DNA of 64,000 nucleotides from the human T2T-CHM13v2.0 reference genome, Homo sapiens. How positions within the stretch are numbered: the stretch's first letter is position 1; the number at the start of each line of letters is the position of its first letter. The stretch is from the NCBI RefSeq assembly GCF_009914755.1, contig NC_060933.1. The stretch is one strand, 5' to 3'. Below the pieces are notes generated by a model, which saw only the letters and a list, made by a program, of their open reading frames with translations, made no database searches and was not told the DNA's origin. The position numbers were made by a program, and so were the translations under genes. Shown here piece by piece: positions 30,891 to 44,479 of the stretch.

Positions 30891-30933
30891 GCCATTTATT
30901 AAAAGTAATGGCAAAAACCACAATTACCAACCT
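30891..30933. mobile_element. Half MADE1 (Hsmar1-derived MITE)
   Basis: TTAAAAGTAATGGCAAAAACCACAATTAC-CAACCT = spacer plus one TIR with a small deletion. Confidence 0.75.
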
Positions 30934-31994
30934 TAAGACATTTACTACTCCTCACCTTTGCTTATGATGTGCTCACTCTCCTACGCAATGGAACCCACAG
31001 GCATCTTTCAAATCCCACAAACACACAAAAATCCCACATGAAATGTCCCTGCTTTAATTCCATCTTTCCAAATGGCTTTCTCTTATCACTACAGTCAAAA
31101 TCATTCTCTCTCTTCTACAACTCCACATCAAGTGTTCAGTCTGTCCCCTGTAATACTTAGCACTCTGACTCTTTTATCTCAGACCACAAAATTGGAAGTT
31201 CTACGTGACCAGATTTACATCCATATAACGTCTCTGGGCATAAACTGTGAACTGTGACAGATCTGGGTTTCAATCTAGCTTCCACCACCTGCTATCTGTC
31301 TGCTTCAAAGCACAGTATCTTCATCTGCAATATAAACCTGTCAATTTTACCCTGTATTATAGTTTTAAGTATTACTAGCAATAATACAGGAGGAGTATCT
31401 GGAACATAGTGCCAGCTTTAAAAAACAGTTACTTTGCTGTTGTCATGAGTCACCTATGGGATTCCCTATGGGATCCTGTGCTGGGTCTGGCCTGGAGTGG
31501 TCTTCAGAAAATGTAGCTTACATTACTCAACTGAAGCTCAGTTGCTCTCTGAAAACAGTGTGGGCAAGGTGGGGATTGGGAGAGGAAAAGGGAGAGAAAA
31601 TAAGAATGCGTCCAACAGTGCTGCAATATAAGGATGTTGTTCTGCTCTTTTACTCGTGAAAGAAATGAAGGCTGGCAGATCTACAGCAACTTTAACACTC
31701 AAAAACTCATTCCCTCCTCCTAATATCCCTGAGAGATAGGCAGGAATTCCTGTCCCTGACAAATGCAGAAAGATCCAACCTGATGCAGGTGGGTTGGGAC
31801 AAGGTAAAGTTAGGGCTTAAACTCTCCTGCCCTTTAGAGGCCTTGCTGTAAGACTCTGCTGCCTGCTAGGAGAGGAAGCAGTCTTGGCTCCCGTTATGAA
31901 TAGATGTCAGCCTTTTGGCACAATGCAACCCAACTGTCAGCCTAAAGGAAGCCGCATGTACTCAGGGAAACCCTGTCTGCTCTGCCTTTCACAG

Positions 31995-32101
31995 GAAGCC
32001 AGGATGTGGAGCCAGGAGAGAAGGGGCATTCAAAGGGCCTGGGAGACCCTTGGTGAAAACAATCAGTTGGTTTCAACATCCCAGAGAGATTCTCAATCAG
32101 G
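31995..32101 (+). ncRNA. Candidate non-coding exon (107 nt)
   Basis: Acceptor CCCTGTCTGCTCTGCCTTTCACAG|G and donor CAGG|GTGAGT. Confidence 0.5.
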
Positions 32102-32250
32102 GTGAGTCTCAAATATTAGTAGACATAAAAATCACCTGGGGAGAGTGTAAAAAAATAAAAATTCCCAGAAATTCTGGTTCAGTCATTTTGGGGCCAACCT
32201 AGTCATTTGCATTAATCAGCATGCACTCCCTGATGATTCTGATATAAATG
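32085..32250. mobile_element. MER5-like hAT fragment
   Basis: AAAATCACCTGGGGAG...ATTCCCAG...ATTCTGGTTCAGT...TTTGCATT...CTCCCTGATGATTCTGAT. Confidence 0.7.
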
Positions 32251-32313
32251 AATCACATGTTGCAAAATGCTTTAGCCTGTTCCCTAATCTAAATCTTATC
32301 TCTCTCCTCTCAG
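32102..32313 (+). other. Candidate 212-nt U2 intron
   Basis: GTGAGT start, branch point CCCTAAT (32282-32288), pyrimidine tract TCTTATCTCTCTCCTCTCAG end. Confidence 0.5.
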
Positions 32314-32998
32314 CCTGGTCTACCCCTCCTTCAGAATTACCTTTTACTGAGAACACTGAGAAAATCAATGTGCATATCCCATTCCCTTTATTCTGCCATC
32401 ACCCATAATTTCTTCCTGTCCTGTTTCATCTGGGCCGTATAGACTAGGAGAGGGATGTTTGAGAGAGTAACAGCAACCTTCAACCTCTATAAAACCAGCT
32501 CCTGCCCTTCCTGACTCCTTGGGACTCAGTTCTATCAGTTACTGTATTTCCTTTCCTCTGGAATTGCTTCTCCTCCAATCTTTCCCATTTGGGGGACTGG
32601 CCCCAACATTCAGAGTCAGTGGTCTTGGTTAAACCCTCTGTGCCTATATCCGCTCTGCCCACTGTCTTTTCCTCCAGCACCCCCTACAACACAAACACAC
32701 ATCACTCATAACCCATGGATCCCACCTCTCAGTACCTCCATCCTCACTGCCATCATTCTAGTTTAGTCTTCATTTCTCCCAAAAACACTGTAGTTCAATA
32801 AGGCTAGAAAAGACAGTATGAGAGGGTAAGAAATCAAGCTGGAGAGTGCGGGAGCAGGAACTTTTAGTCTCAGATTCTCAGGAAATAGGAAGAACTGTGA
32901 AGAATTGTAGGGGAGGTAGAGAAAAGGAAAATGCTATCTAGCCAAATTTGTAGCTCTATCCATAATGATATGTCCAAAAGATTCTGAAGTAGCCTGCC

Positions 32999-33054
32999 AC
33001 ATATACATATACATATACATACACATATACATATACATACACATATACATATAC
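32999..33054. repeat. (ACATAT)n / (ACATAC)n hexamer repeat
   Basis: ~9 units of alternating purine-pyrimidine. Confidence 0.95.
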
Positions 33055-33120
33055 TTAATTGCAATAATTTTCAGATAAAGCAAAGGCATCCATGAAGACT
33101 TTGCTTCCTTCTTCTAGTAG

Positions 33121-33210
33121 CTCACAGAGACCAAAGTTGGCACACAGCACTCTCCTAACACTAAAGACTCTACAACTCCTTCTTCATGGGATGTGTGAAA
33201 GCACAGAGAG
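33121..33210 (+). ncRNA. Candidate non-coding exon (~90 nt, tandem TAGTAG acceptor)
   Basis: CTTTGCTTCCTTCTTCTAG(TAG)| and GAGAG|GTGAGTAAG. Confidence 0.45.
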
Positions 33211-34579
33211 GTGAGTAAGGTGTTTTTTTAGTTAACTTCCTTCCCATGCCTCATATCTGTTACATAGAAAGGGCATATCACTGGGAAAATAATGTGTTTT
33301 GCTCATTTTATTTATTTTCTTTGAGAAAATTGGTGTCAGAGTTAAGGGGGATAAGTGTTTTTCATACTCTTTTATTTAAACATAGAACTATTTATTCCTA
33401 ATAAAATCTCATGGGAAAACTCAACAGGTAAAGGTAAAACATTCTGCTAGTAGCAGGAACTTAGTAGGCTCAAGCTCTCATCCACTAGAATTTGCCTCTC
33501 TCAGTGATTCCTGGGGTGCCTCAAAGTATGCCTACAGTCTAATAACATCATTTTGAAAACTGCTGAGCTAGTCCACACACATTATTTTGAAAGGAGAGAA
33601 GGAGAGACTTATCAGAGCTCATATATCAAGTCACAGTGGAACTGGGATTTGAACCCTTGATTCCTGACTCTCCTCCCAGTACTCCACCAGCTAGATGACT
33701 CTGCTATGTGTTCTGGGGTAAAAAGCCCAACTCAGGAGTCAAAGCAAAAATAAAGATCCCAAGGCCTGGTGCCCTAAAACTTGGCATCACCAGGGATGAG
33801 GTTTGGGGCCAGACACTCTGATCTAAGCTGCATGGGCACAGTCAGTGGACGTGCACAACCTCTGCAGGGCAGTCAAGGGCTTTTCTTGGGATTTTATGGC
33901 TTACAGTGGAAATCCATTAAATTATTAGTGTGATGAAGAGAATGGGAAAGGTTGCAGCAAGGTTGGCTAGCAGGACTGAAGGTGAAAAGACTCACTACAG
34001 AGAAAGTTCAGGCAGCATCAGAGGATGAGGCCAGGTAAGACAGAGAATTGAAGGCTTCCCCTGGCTGCATATCTTAAAAGATGTCTGAGTTAGGCTTAGG
34101 CAAAATCTCCTCCTTAAGAGCAAGTTCCCCCTTCCTCCTCTTTCTTCTTCTTTTTTTAATGGTTTGCTGGTTTGAGGAAGATTCTGTGGACCTGCAGACG
34201 TGCCAGGGAAGAAGCCAGAAAGTCTACCTTTGACTCTAAAACAAGAATGGTCGATAATCACTCGGACCTCACTTCATTTTAGTTTCCAAATTAAAAATAA
34301 TAAAAAGGTGCAACTTTAGATGTTTATGGCATTCACCTCTAAAGAGCCCTAGCGGAGGGAGGGAAGTCCAGAGAGTACTGGCCCAGTGGTCACTGCTTGT
34401 TTTCCTTAACTTTTCTCTTCTGAACTTCAATTTCCCTTCCTCTGTTATGTCACTGTTATCCTCGGCAGATATTTTCTGCACAGAAACGATGTGTCCAGGA
34501 CAGTGTTAGGCTTTGCAATGGAACAGAAAACAAATGTGAGAAAAATATTCCACTCTCAAAATGTTTATAAGCATGTAGC

Positions 34580-34770
34580 TCTGAGATGTAGCAGAAAGTG
34601 CATTGGCTTGGGGATCAGGAAGACTTGAGCCCAAGTCGAACTTTTACCTTCCTAGGCTGGTGTGATGGATAAATCACTTCAGCTGGGCCTCCACTTTTCC
34701 ATGCATGAGGTAGGGACCACAGCACTTACCTAGCACACCTAGCCACATTGCCAGTACTCAACAAAGGTTA
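34580..34770 (+). mobile_element. MIR SINE
   Basis: GTAGCAGAAAGTGCATTGGCTTGGGGATCAGGAAGACTTGAG. Confidence 0.65.
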
Positions 34771-35689
34771 TAGCCTCTTTTCCCTCTCTTAGACAGTCTG
34801 GGAAAGTCAAATTTGGGGTGAACCTGTCTTTTGACTTTCTGACCTTAGGCAAAAATTGAAGTTTTAGAAAACTGCTATGGAAGGACAAGATATCAGCCTC
34901 CAAAGGGTCTTCTATTAGCTATGGGTGGATGCATCTAAAGGTGTAAGTTGTTCAGTGAGCATTGAACGAATGAACGAATGAATGAATGTATGAATAAATG
35001 AATAAATGAACAAGCTACCCACAGTCAAAGTTCAACATGCCTGTGACTTATTTACTTTTTAGTTTTTATAATTTAGCACAGATTACCTAATCACTTTATC
35101 ACTATAGTAGTTACATTAGTTCACTTAACTCTCATGTCCTTCTTATGTATGATGGAAAAATATGCAGTGGTAGATAGAATGCTGAATATGTATTATCTCT
35201 CGTAATGATACCACAGAGACACAGTGTTGCTGTGAAAAATATGTATAATATTTTTCTCAAGAAAATCCTTACCTATGAGACCCTATACGTGGAAGGTGAA
35301 TTGTTTCCTTCAAAGAGGCAACTTGGTGGATGTTAAGAAGACAGGGAGGACCCACTTTGGGATCTGGTGTCAAGAGTCTAGTCCTATCATTGTCACAGGT
35401 TTGCTGTGATCAGAAGCCGGTCCTTTCCATAGTAAAAATCATTCTATTGTGTTACATGGTATTTACGAAAGTGTGGAACACATCAGAATCAAATCATTTA
35501 ATGCAAAGGAAGCCTCCCACACTTTCTAATTTTCTTATAGTGCTTCAAATTAAGTCATGAAGGATGGCTTGTTTTAGTGCTAATATGTCCTTGACACCTC
35601 TGTAACATTCGCCAGCCTCCCTTTTTTAGAAGAGAGAGACCAAGGCTCTGGCTCAGAACATTCCAGAGGCAACAGTATCTGTCTAGAAT

Positions 35690-35930
35690 TTTATAAAATT
35701 CTTTTGTTTTCACTGTATTGATTTTTAGAGTTATCTTCTATTTATGGCATGTAATCCTGGTTTTCCATTTACCAGTAGTGTTACATATTTCCATTTTGAA
35801 ATCATTGATTTTAACCAAAAATAAAAAAAGAAAGAAGAAAAGAAAGAAATGAGTCAATTTCAAGAAAAACACATTAAGTTAATAATATCCCAGGTATGGC
35901 AAAATTGTGAAGGTGATGCTCAGATGAGAT
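35690..35930. mobile_element. hAT-Charlie remnant (MER113-like)
   Basis: AATTTCAAGAAAAACACATTAAGTTAATAATATCCCAGGTATGGCAAAATTGTGAAGGTG. Confidence 0.5.
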
Positions 35931-36538
35931 GCAGGAGACACTGTGCTTGTTGATTTTCCAGGGTCTTTCGAGGAGGGAAACTGTGAGATTATCTGTGCAC
36001 TGCAAACCCTGAAACTGCCAGCCAGAACATTCTAATGGAGATTAAATGAACTTCAGTTTTCATGACAGCTTCTGGGAAAATTAGTTTGTATAAAGTGATA
36101 CCCAGATATTCATGAGCAACTATTATCTTTAATTGGTGCTTGTAAGAGAGAAAAACGGGTCTATAGAGACTGAAAAGGCTAAAGTGCCCTTTAACTTTAG
36201 AGGCCACAGAAAACAGCCCACACTGCCCAGAGGCCACCCCAGCAAGAGGCTGAGGGCCTATGTGTTCTTCGAGCTCCCCCAGTCTGCGCCTCTCTGCTCC
36301 CTGGCCAAGAAGAGAGACAAGGCCAGCTGCACAGGCTGGCCCACTTTCGCGCTGCTGAGATCTCTGAGCCAAAGTGAGCTAGGGGCCCGGATTCAGGCCT
36401 CTTCCCCTGCTCTGTCCCCACTCTCAGTTTGAAATATAGCAGAGCAGGAAGGTGAAACCAGGACAACCCTAAACTGTAGAGAATGGGTTTAAGTGAATGG
36501 GAATGGGCTTTCCTCTCCCGACTCTGTGCGGTCCACCT

Positions 36539-36558
36539 CCCCACCCCGTCCCCACCCC
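36539..36558 (-). other. Four-tier G-quadruplex motif
   Basis: Minus strand GGGG-T-GGGG-AC-GGGG-T-GGGG. Confidence 0.8.
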
Positions 36559-36999
36559 AGGCCATCAGAGCTCACAGAAGACCTCTGGCTGAAGCTGACC
36601 TCTGGGAAAGCTATTGGATAGTGCTCTGAAGTCACTGACAGAAAGGAGGATATCCCAGCTCTGGAGAAGGAAGGAAAGGATGATGGATTTTTCCATGGAT
36701 TTAACATTCACTGAACAATAAATGGGGTCAGCTGAACTAAACAAACAAACAAAAAAAACCACACACACACACAACCCTGCATCTGACAGCTGAGTGACAA
36801 GAGCTGCTGGCTGTGGACTGAGGATAGGCCTCGGGGTGCAGAGGTGCAGAGAGGGAGAGATAATTATTCAGGATAATTAGCGTCTTGGGTTAGAGGCTGC
36901 TAGTTCTGGGATGCACATGTGTGAGTATACTGACCCATCATTTGCATGCATCATCAACTCACAGCATGGCAGCACCAGACTGGGCAAAAATAATTGGCA

Positions 37000-37200
37000 T
37001 TCATCCATCCAATCCTCTCTTCAACAGCACTGCATTCAACACTTACCATGTACATGGCTCTGTGCTATGTACTGAGGATACAGTGGAGAACAGTTCAGAC
37101 ACTGTCCCTGCCCTCCACGTACTTCATCTTCCAGCAGGAAAGATAAAAATATGAATAAATAATTGGAATGAAGCACGAGGAGTGCTCTGAGTTGAGTGCT
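37000..37200 (-). mobile_element. L2 fragment
   Basis: CATTCAACACTTACCATGTACATGGCTCTGTGCTATGTACTGAGGATACAGTGGAGAAC. Confidence 0.75.
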
Positions 37201-37362
37201 CAAGTCCTACCTCACCTTTGGTAAAAAGCTTCCAAGAGACTGGGAAAATTTTATTTATACTTCTTTGTCTTGAGTTTCCTCACTGGTGACAAAAGTTGGG
37301 GTGGAGGAGAGGTCCTACATCCATGGTTTTTAAGCTGTAGGGCTCTTTAAAAGTGCCCAGAG

Positions 37363-37493
37363 GGCTGGACATGGTAGCTCATCCCAGCCCTTTGGGAGGC
37401 TGAGGTGAGAGGATTGCTTGAGACCAGGAGTTTGAGCAGCCTGGGCAACACAGCCAGACTCCACTTAATTTTTCGTAAATAATTAAATAAAAT
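37363..37493 (+). mobile_element. FLAM (free left Alu monomer) inside a MER103-like hAT element (~37322-37650)
   Basis: Monomer with A-rich tail; TSD AAAAGTGCCCAGAG / AAAAGTCCCCAGAG. Confidence 0.85.
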
Positions 37494-37986
37494 AAAAGTC
37501 CCCAGAGGCTGTTGAGAAGGAGGCTTCAACCAGATCTCTAAGCCACCTGTTTTTATTTTGTTTCATACATCGGAATTTTCTAAAATTGTGTTGGAACAAA
37601 CAGTTCTGCTGAAATAGAGAGAGAGAAAGTGAAAAGAGGTTGACAATGACTCAATTTGACGATGACCAATATTCCTTCTAGCTCTAGCTTTCTAAGACTT
37701 TAGTGACCCTAATGTCCCTAAGTTTAACCCCATAACTCTTTTATAAGCAAATATAAATCTATGACCAGACCCACATATTGAAGTAATTTTCTACCCACTT
37801 TATCCACTTGTTTTTCTGTAAACACCTAGAAAGCTGAAGTCATTAGTATATATGTACGCACACACATATATGTGTACATTATATTATTTATGTAGAATAC
37901 ATAGATACAGAAAAAATGTAGATGGAGAGGTATGTTAATATGTTTACTACTGGGTTTAACTAAGTGTTGTTAAACTCCATGATATA

Positions 37987-38530
<544 letters not shown>

Positions 38531-39789
38531 CCCTTCCCTTTTATGGCCCTTCCTAAATGCCAAGAGATGGATGGCCACGAGTTTCTTTATGTGTCCTTCT
38601 TGCTCTCAATTTAGATGGAGACATGGCTGCTTGGAAATTGTCCTTAAAGGAACCACAGGTTGGTACAGAAGTGAAAGTACTATAATTTGGAAGATCTTCA
38701 AAAAAACTCTTTTGACATTGTGGCATGTAATTTCCATACCTTTTTCCTACGTGTATATAAAGAATGTAATATCTTCTGTCTTTGAGCAATTATAAACCCT
38801 CAGGATGAAAGAGGCAGAGTGATAGTACAAACAAATAAAACTTCATAACAAACAAGCAAACATAGACCTCTCATGTGGTTCTTGGGGTTTTCAACAGCTC
38901 TGAACTTGCATTTGCTTCAAGCACTGCCCAGTTCTAAGAGACTGTAATTGAATATACATTGTTCGATTTTTGTTTTTTGCACTAGTCCCATTACAGAGCT
39001 ATAAGCATAGAAATAGAATGACCATGTCCACCCTGTTGATCAGTCTTTTCTTTCAGCAAATGAGTACTGTGATCCCACTATGGACCATATCCTATATCAT
39101 GGGTGCTGAGATGAAGGGCAGAGTCCCTGTCCACACAGTACTCTCAGACTAATGTCAGCACACAGCCCCCACCCCATCTTGAGTCCCAAAATTCAGCTGT
39201 GATGTTGCAGACAAGCTGGAGACTTTCAGATAAGATAACAATACAAACAGCAGCAGTAGTAGCAGCTTCTACTTAGGAGGGCTTACTAATATGACAGAAT
39301 CTACTCTAGACCCTTTACATTTTCTGTCTCTGATTCTCTCCATACCTCTGCAAGACAAGTATGGTCACTACTTTTTTTTTTTTTAACTGCACTGAAGAGA
39401 AAAAGAAAAAAGTGATTTGCTTAAGGTAGTGCAGTCAGTGAGTGACTGAGCCAGAATTACATAACAGGGTTCCCTTTTCCTCTGGGGACCAAGAGAGCTT
39501 ATGGAAGGACATGGGCCATTTCTCAGCAAGATGACACTGCACAGCCACAGGCCAATGACTTGGCATTGCTTTGGCCCAGGAAGTTCAACTCAGAGAAGTA
39601 GACTCAAGCAGCCCAGGAATTTTAGGTCCGGAAAAGTCATGTTTCCTCAGAGATGCTTGCTTTTGTCAAGCCACGGGTTCTGACAGGGCTATATTCTCAG
39701 ACCATTCAGCTCATCCTCAATCTTTAGTACCTACCAGACACAAGGTTCACCCATCTTGATACAGTGAGACACAGAAGAAAAAGCCAGGG

Positions 39790-40050
39790 CTTGAGTTTGT
39801 CTGAGCCTCAGTTTCCTCAGATGTAAAAAGGATATGAGAATATACCCTTCTACACAAGAATGATGTGATAACGAAATAAATTATCTAAATGGCCTGGCAC
39901 ATGGTAGATACTTAAGAAATGCTCATTCTCGTTCATTTAATATTTATTGAGTGTCTACTATGAGCCAGTCACTCTTGTTGGTGCTTAGAACATACCAGTC
40001 AGCAAAACATGCAACAGATTGTTGCCTTTATGCAGATTACATTCAAGGGT
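39790..40050. mobile_element. MIR (+) followed by L2 tail (-)
   Basis: CTGAGCCTCAGTTTCCTCAGATGTAAAA; TTCATTTAATATTTATTGAGTGTCTACTATGAGCCAG. Confidence 0.75.
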
Positions 40051-40699
40051 AGGGAAGCAGTTCTTACCCGACTCTACTTTATGTGCTTCCTTGCCAGGCA
40101 ATGACAAAGGAACTTGCCTCCTGGTGAAGCCTACAACCTGTGGGACTGGAGGAGATCTCCCCTCCTCTTCCATATGTGTTAAATGTTGCAATCAGAAAGA
40201 CCCTTGGAAACTCCACTCTGGGGCATTTGTTACACTGTAAATCCCTTGCCCTAACCTTATTCCGTCCCACAAACCAATTTAGAGAGCTGAGACCTTGGAT
40301 ATCTCATCAGACCAGATGGACGAGAAAATCATCTAGGGAGAGGAAATTCAACAAACATATGCTGAATACATCTCTATGCAGAGTCCTATGCTTCTGGTGC
40401 TGAGAAACAGGCTGAAGCACATACACAGTTTATTTCACAACTTATTTGGAAGATAATTCTTTTCTGAATTAAATTATGATCTATGGTCTTTTTTCTTTAC
40501 TCTCAACTTAGTGTGTTTGTGTATGTACATGTCTAACTGCAGAAGTAGGAAGTATGATGATGGGGATGTTGTCTGTGAATCCAACGAGAATGTTACAAAA
40601 TATATGGTGTATGCACTGCAGTGCCTTTCTAAAAATCCAAAAAGAAATTCTGAATCCTGATCACATCTAATACCAAGGACTTTGGATAAGGACCTTTAG

Positions 40700-41090
40700 T
40701 ACTAATTTCCTTATTTTGCCTGGGAAGCTGAGCTTCAAGGAACCTAAGGAACTTGTCCAAAGTTACACAGCTAATAAGTAACAGAATCAGGATTTGAGCC
40801 TGGGAAGTTTGACTTAAGAACCTGTATTTGTGGCCTTTATATTACTCTGCCTTCTTATTCCTTGAACTATTAATATGAGCCAGGAGCATTTTCTTCTTCC
40901 TCTTTCTTCTTAGTTTACTCTTCACAACACTCTAAAAGGCACTTACTATTATTGCCGCTTTTTATTGATAAAGAAACAACTGTACAAAGCAATTTTAAGG
41001 TCTTGCTGGTTAATAAGTAGCAGTACTCGGATTTGAACCCAGGATGGTCTGGCTGTAATTCTATTATTTGTAACTATTGTACTATACTGC
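40700..41090 (-). mobile_element. Two MIR fragments
   Basis: ACTTGTCCAAAGTTACACAGCTAATAAGTAACAGAATCAGGATTTGAGCC; GGATTTGAACCCAGG. Confidence 0.75.
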
Positions 41091-41199
41091 CACAGGCCAG
41101 TGAGGTCCCAAGTGGGTTGCAATTAACATTGTAAATGTTAATTGTGTAGTTAACAATGTGTAAATGTGACTTACACATTTCTTTGGCTTATATACATTG

Positions 41200-41800
41200 C
41201 CTCTCTTGCCTCCTTGCAATTCATTCTCCACATAACAGCCCAGTGGCATTTGTAAAGTAAAATCTCATTACATCACTAACTCACTAGCTCCTTCACTCAT
41301 TCCATAAGCCTTCATGCCAGGCACTTTTCTGGTAACTGCGGAGGCAGTGATTAATAAAATAGTCTTACCCCTTACGGAGCATCAAGCCAGCCAGTCCCCA
41401 GATTTCCATTATATTTAGAATAATTCCAAAAACCTTAACATTAGACCCAGTGGATCTGGACTTCCCTATCCTTCCTCCCTCTTCTTCTTGTTCTTCCCCT
41501 CTCTCTCTCCTCCCTTCATAGTAACCTTCAATAAGTTTGTCTATCAGTCCATCATTCCAGCTTCCCTCCAGCCTCAAGTCTTTAGCACAAGTGAGCTCTT
41601 TCTTCTGGATGGTTCTTCCTTATACATTCATTAGTTTTATAATTCAATTGATGTGTTTGTCTCCTACTAGACTGCAAGTGCCATGTGGTCAGAGCTATGC
41701 CATATCCTCTTGACATATCTGTCTTTAACCTCTAGCAAAATGTCTCTGGGACCTGGGAGGCATTCAATAGATATTTTTTGAATAGCTGAAGGCATGAACA
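41200..41800 (+). mobile_element. L2 fragments
   Basis: CTCCTACTAGACTGCAAGTGCCATG...GGCATTCAATAGATATTTTTTGAAT. Confidence 0.7.
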
Positions 41801-43133
41801 TTATGTTAGGTGCACAGAATTTAAGTATCAATATTTGTGTCTGGAAGGGAGGTAGAGAGGGAAAATAGTCAGAAAGCTTCTCAGAAAAAGTTAAAGTTAT
41901 TTAAACTACACATCAAAACTGGTATTTGGCAAAGCAGCCAGGAAAGTTTCCACAAGAACAAAGAAAAATGTACATGTGTTGTTATGCTAGGATGGGGTAG
42001 ACATAGAGATATCTAGATGAACTCTGGGTTAGTTTGTAAAGATGAAGCTGAGAGAGGGTGTAGGGAAAATAAGGCTGGAGGACTAACATGTTGAGAACCA
42101 ATGCTTTAAGAGAGAGAGAGTGTGTCCCTGCTTCAAACTCATCCCATGAGCACAAATCGTCCAAACACTCGCACCCAGATTCCCTCTTGCCTAATATCCT
42201 CTAATCTGGTATGCATCGTGATGCATTTGGTCATCTTCTTATGTCTGTCTCCCCTGCTATGCTAGAAAGTTCTTGTGAACAATGGCTAGAACTTAATCAT
42301 CTTAGCCTCCTCAATGCCTTGACTGAAAAGGGCCCTTGGTAGAAGTTCAATAAATCTTCATTAATTTAAATGAAATTCAAGTAGAATAAAATATATTGAG
42401 GTAAAATCAGTTATATTTTTCTCATTTCTCCACTATACCAGTTATCATCTTCCACTCCCTAAAGTTTGGCTGGATCATCAGGTGCCAGGTTGAGAAAAGC
42501 CATTCCAAATCAACACAAAGGAATTACACAAATTTACACCAAGGAGACAAAGTAGACTACCAAAGAGAAAAACAGAAACAGAGAATGACTTTGAGAAAGA
42601 CACAAATAAAATGAGAAGGAGAAAACAAGAGTCTCCTTGTCAAAATCTAAAGGAGCCTGTTGGAGTCTCCCACAGCCCCAGGGAGCAAAGATAAAGATCC
42701 CATCCCTATGAGTATCAAGCTGCATCTATTACATACCACAACTAATTTAATTGTTACAGCATGAACTGACCTGCCAAACTTTTATTGTTGAGACTATTTG
42801 AGAAGGTAGCTATGGAGGGTAAGAAGGAAAGCCATGTCTTTGTCCTCCACTGGCCTGGGACATAGGTGTCCCCTTTTCATTCCCTTGACTTCCTCTCAAT
42901 TCACACAATTAGGATTCTTCATATTCCTTTAGGAATTCCCTAATGGCCAGGAAAATGTTAAAATGTTGGGTAATTTCTTCTTCCTGAGAAGCCCTTTTCT
43001 CCGCAGGCAAGCGGGAGGTAGAAATCAAAACCAGGGTGGCTGCCACAGGCGATGAAGCTAGAGTGAAAGAGGTTGGCTGAGGTTAAACCAAAGAACAGTC
43101 CAGAAGATGGGAGAATCCCAACAAATTTTCAGT

Positions 43134-43412
43134 CAGTATTTCCCAAAGTGGGTTCCTGAAAATTGTTCCTTTAGAAAAAGCATCATAGTCAAGCACATTT
43201 AGGAAACTTTCCTTAATTCCCCTCTCTTTGAAATTCACAAGCCCCTTTGACATATTAAAGTTTCTGTAAAGTCAGTGAATAAAGAAACCTGTTTACATTT
43301 GATTAACCAACGTTTTTCCAAACTAACTAGTCCCAGAACTGTTTTTATATTCTACGGCTCATATATTAGCATTCCACTGGACTAATGTTCTCCTGTGTGA
43401 ACTTTGGAGATC
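43134..43412. mobile_element. MER102-like hAT-Charlie element
   Basis: CAGTATTTCCCAAAGTGGGTTCC...CATATTAAAG...AAAGAAACCTGTTTA...AACTTTGGAGA. Confidence 0.65.
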
Positions 43413-43462
43413 AGGTTAAGGAGAGGTGAGCATAACCTTGACAAGTTAAAGCATGCTTCTTG

Positions 43463-43831
<369 letters not shown>

Positions 43832-43869
43832 TTAAGCTGAAGACAGAGGGAAGGTTCGGAAAGCTCATG

Positions 43870-44080
43870 TGTTCATTTAACACTGCATTTAATAAATATT
43901 CATTCAGTGCCTACTCTGAGCCAGAAAGTATGCTTGGTCTTAAAGACACAGAGGTGACCAAGAGAGGCATAAGCCTTGCCCTCATGGAACTTGCATTCTG
44001 CAGGAGAAGAGATGTAAGTAGACCATTGCAGAGTAATTTTTCTATCTGGTATGACAAAAGAGAAGGAGGGTCTAAAGATT
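43870..44080 (-). mobile_element. L2 fragment
   Basis: AATAAATATTCATTCAGTGCCTACTCTGAGCCAG...CTTGCCCTCATGGAACTTGCATTCT. Confidence 0.75.
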
Positions 44081-44101
44081 AGGTAAGAATTCTCCCAGCC
44101 A

Positions 44102-44427
44102 GGCTGGGTGCGGTGGCTCACACCTGTAATCCCAGCACTTTGGGAGGCCGAGGTGGGCGGATCATAAGGTCAGGAGATAGAGACCATCCTGGCTAACACG
44201 GTGAAACCCCGTCTCTATTAAAAATACAAAAAATTAGCCGGGTGCGGGGGTGGGTGCCTATAGTCCCAGCTACTCAGGAGGCTGAGGCAGGAGAATGGTG
44301 TGAACCCGGGAGGCAGAGTTTGCAGTGAGCCAAGATCACGCCACTGCACTCCAGCCTGGGTGATAGAGCGAGACTCTGTCTCAAAAAAATAAAAATAAAA
44401 ATAAAAATAAAAATAAAAATAAAAAAA
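44102..44427 (+). mobile_element. AluY/Sc-like SINE with (TAAAAA)n tail
   Basis: Full dimer with GAGACCATCCTGGCTAACACGG. Confidence 0.97.
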
Positions 44428-44479
44428 TTATCCCAACAGAATAGCAAGGAAAGAATTTGCAATAGAGAGAACCACATGA

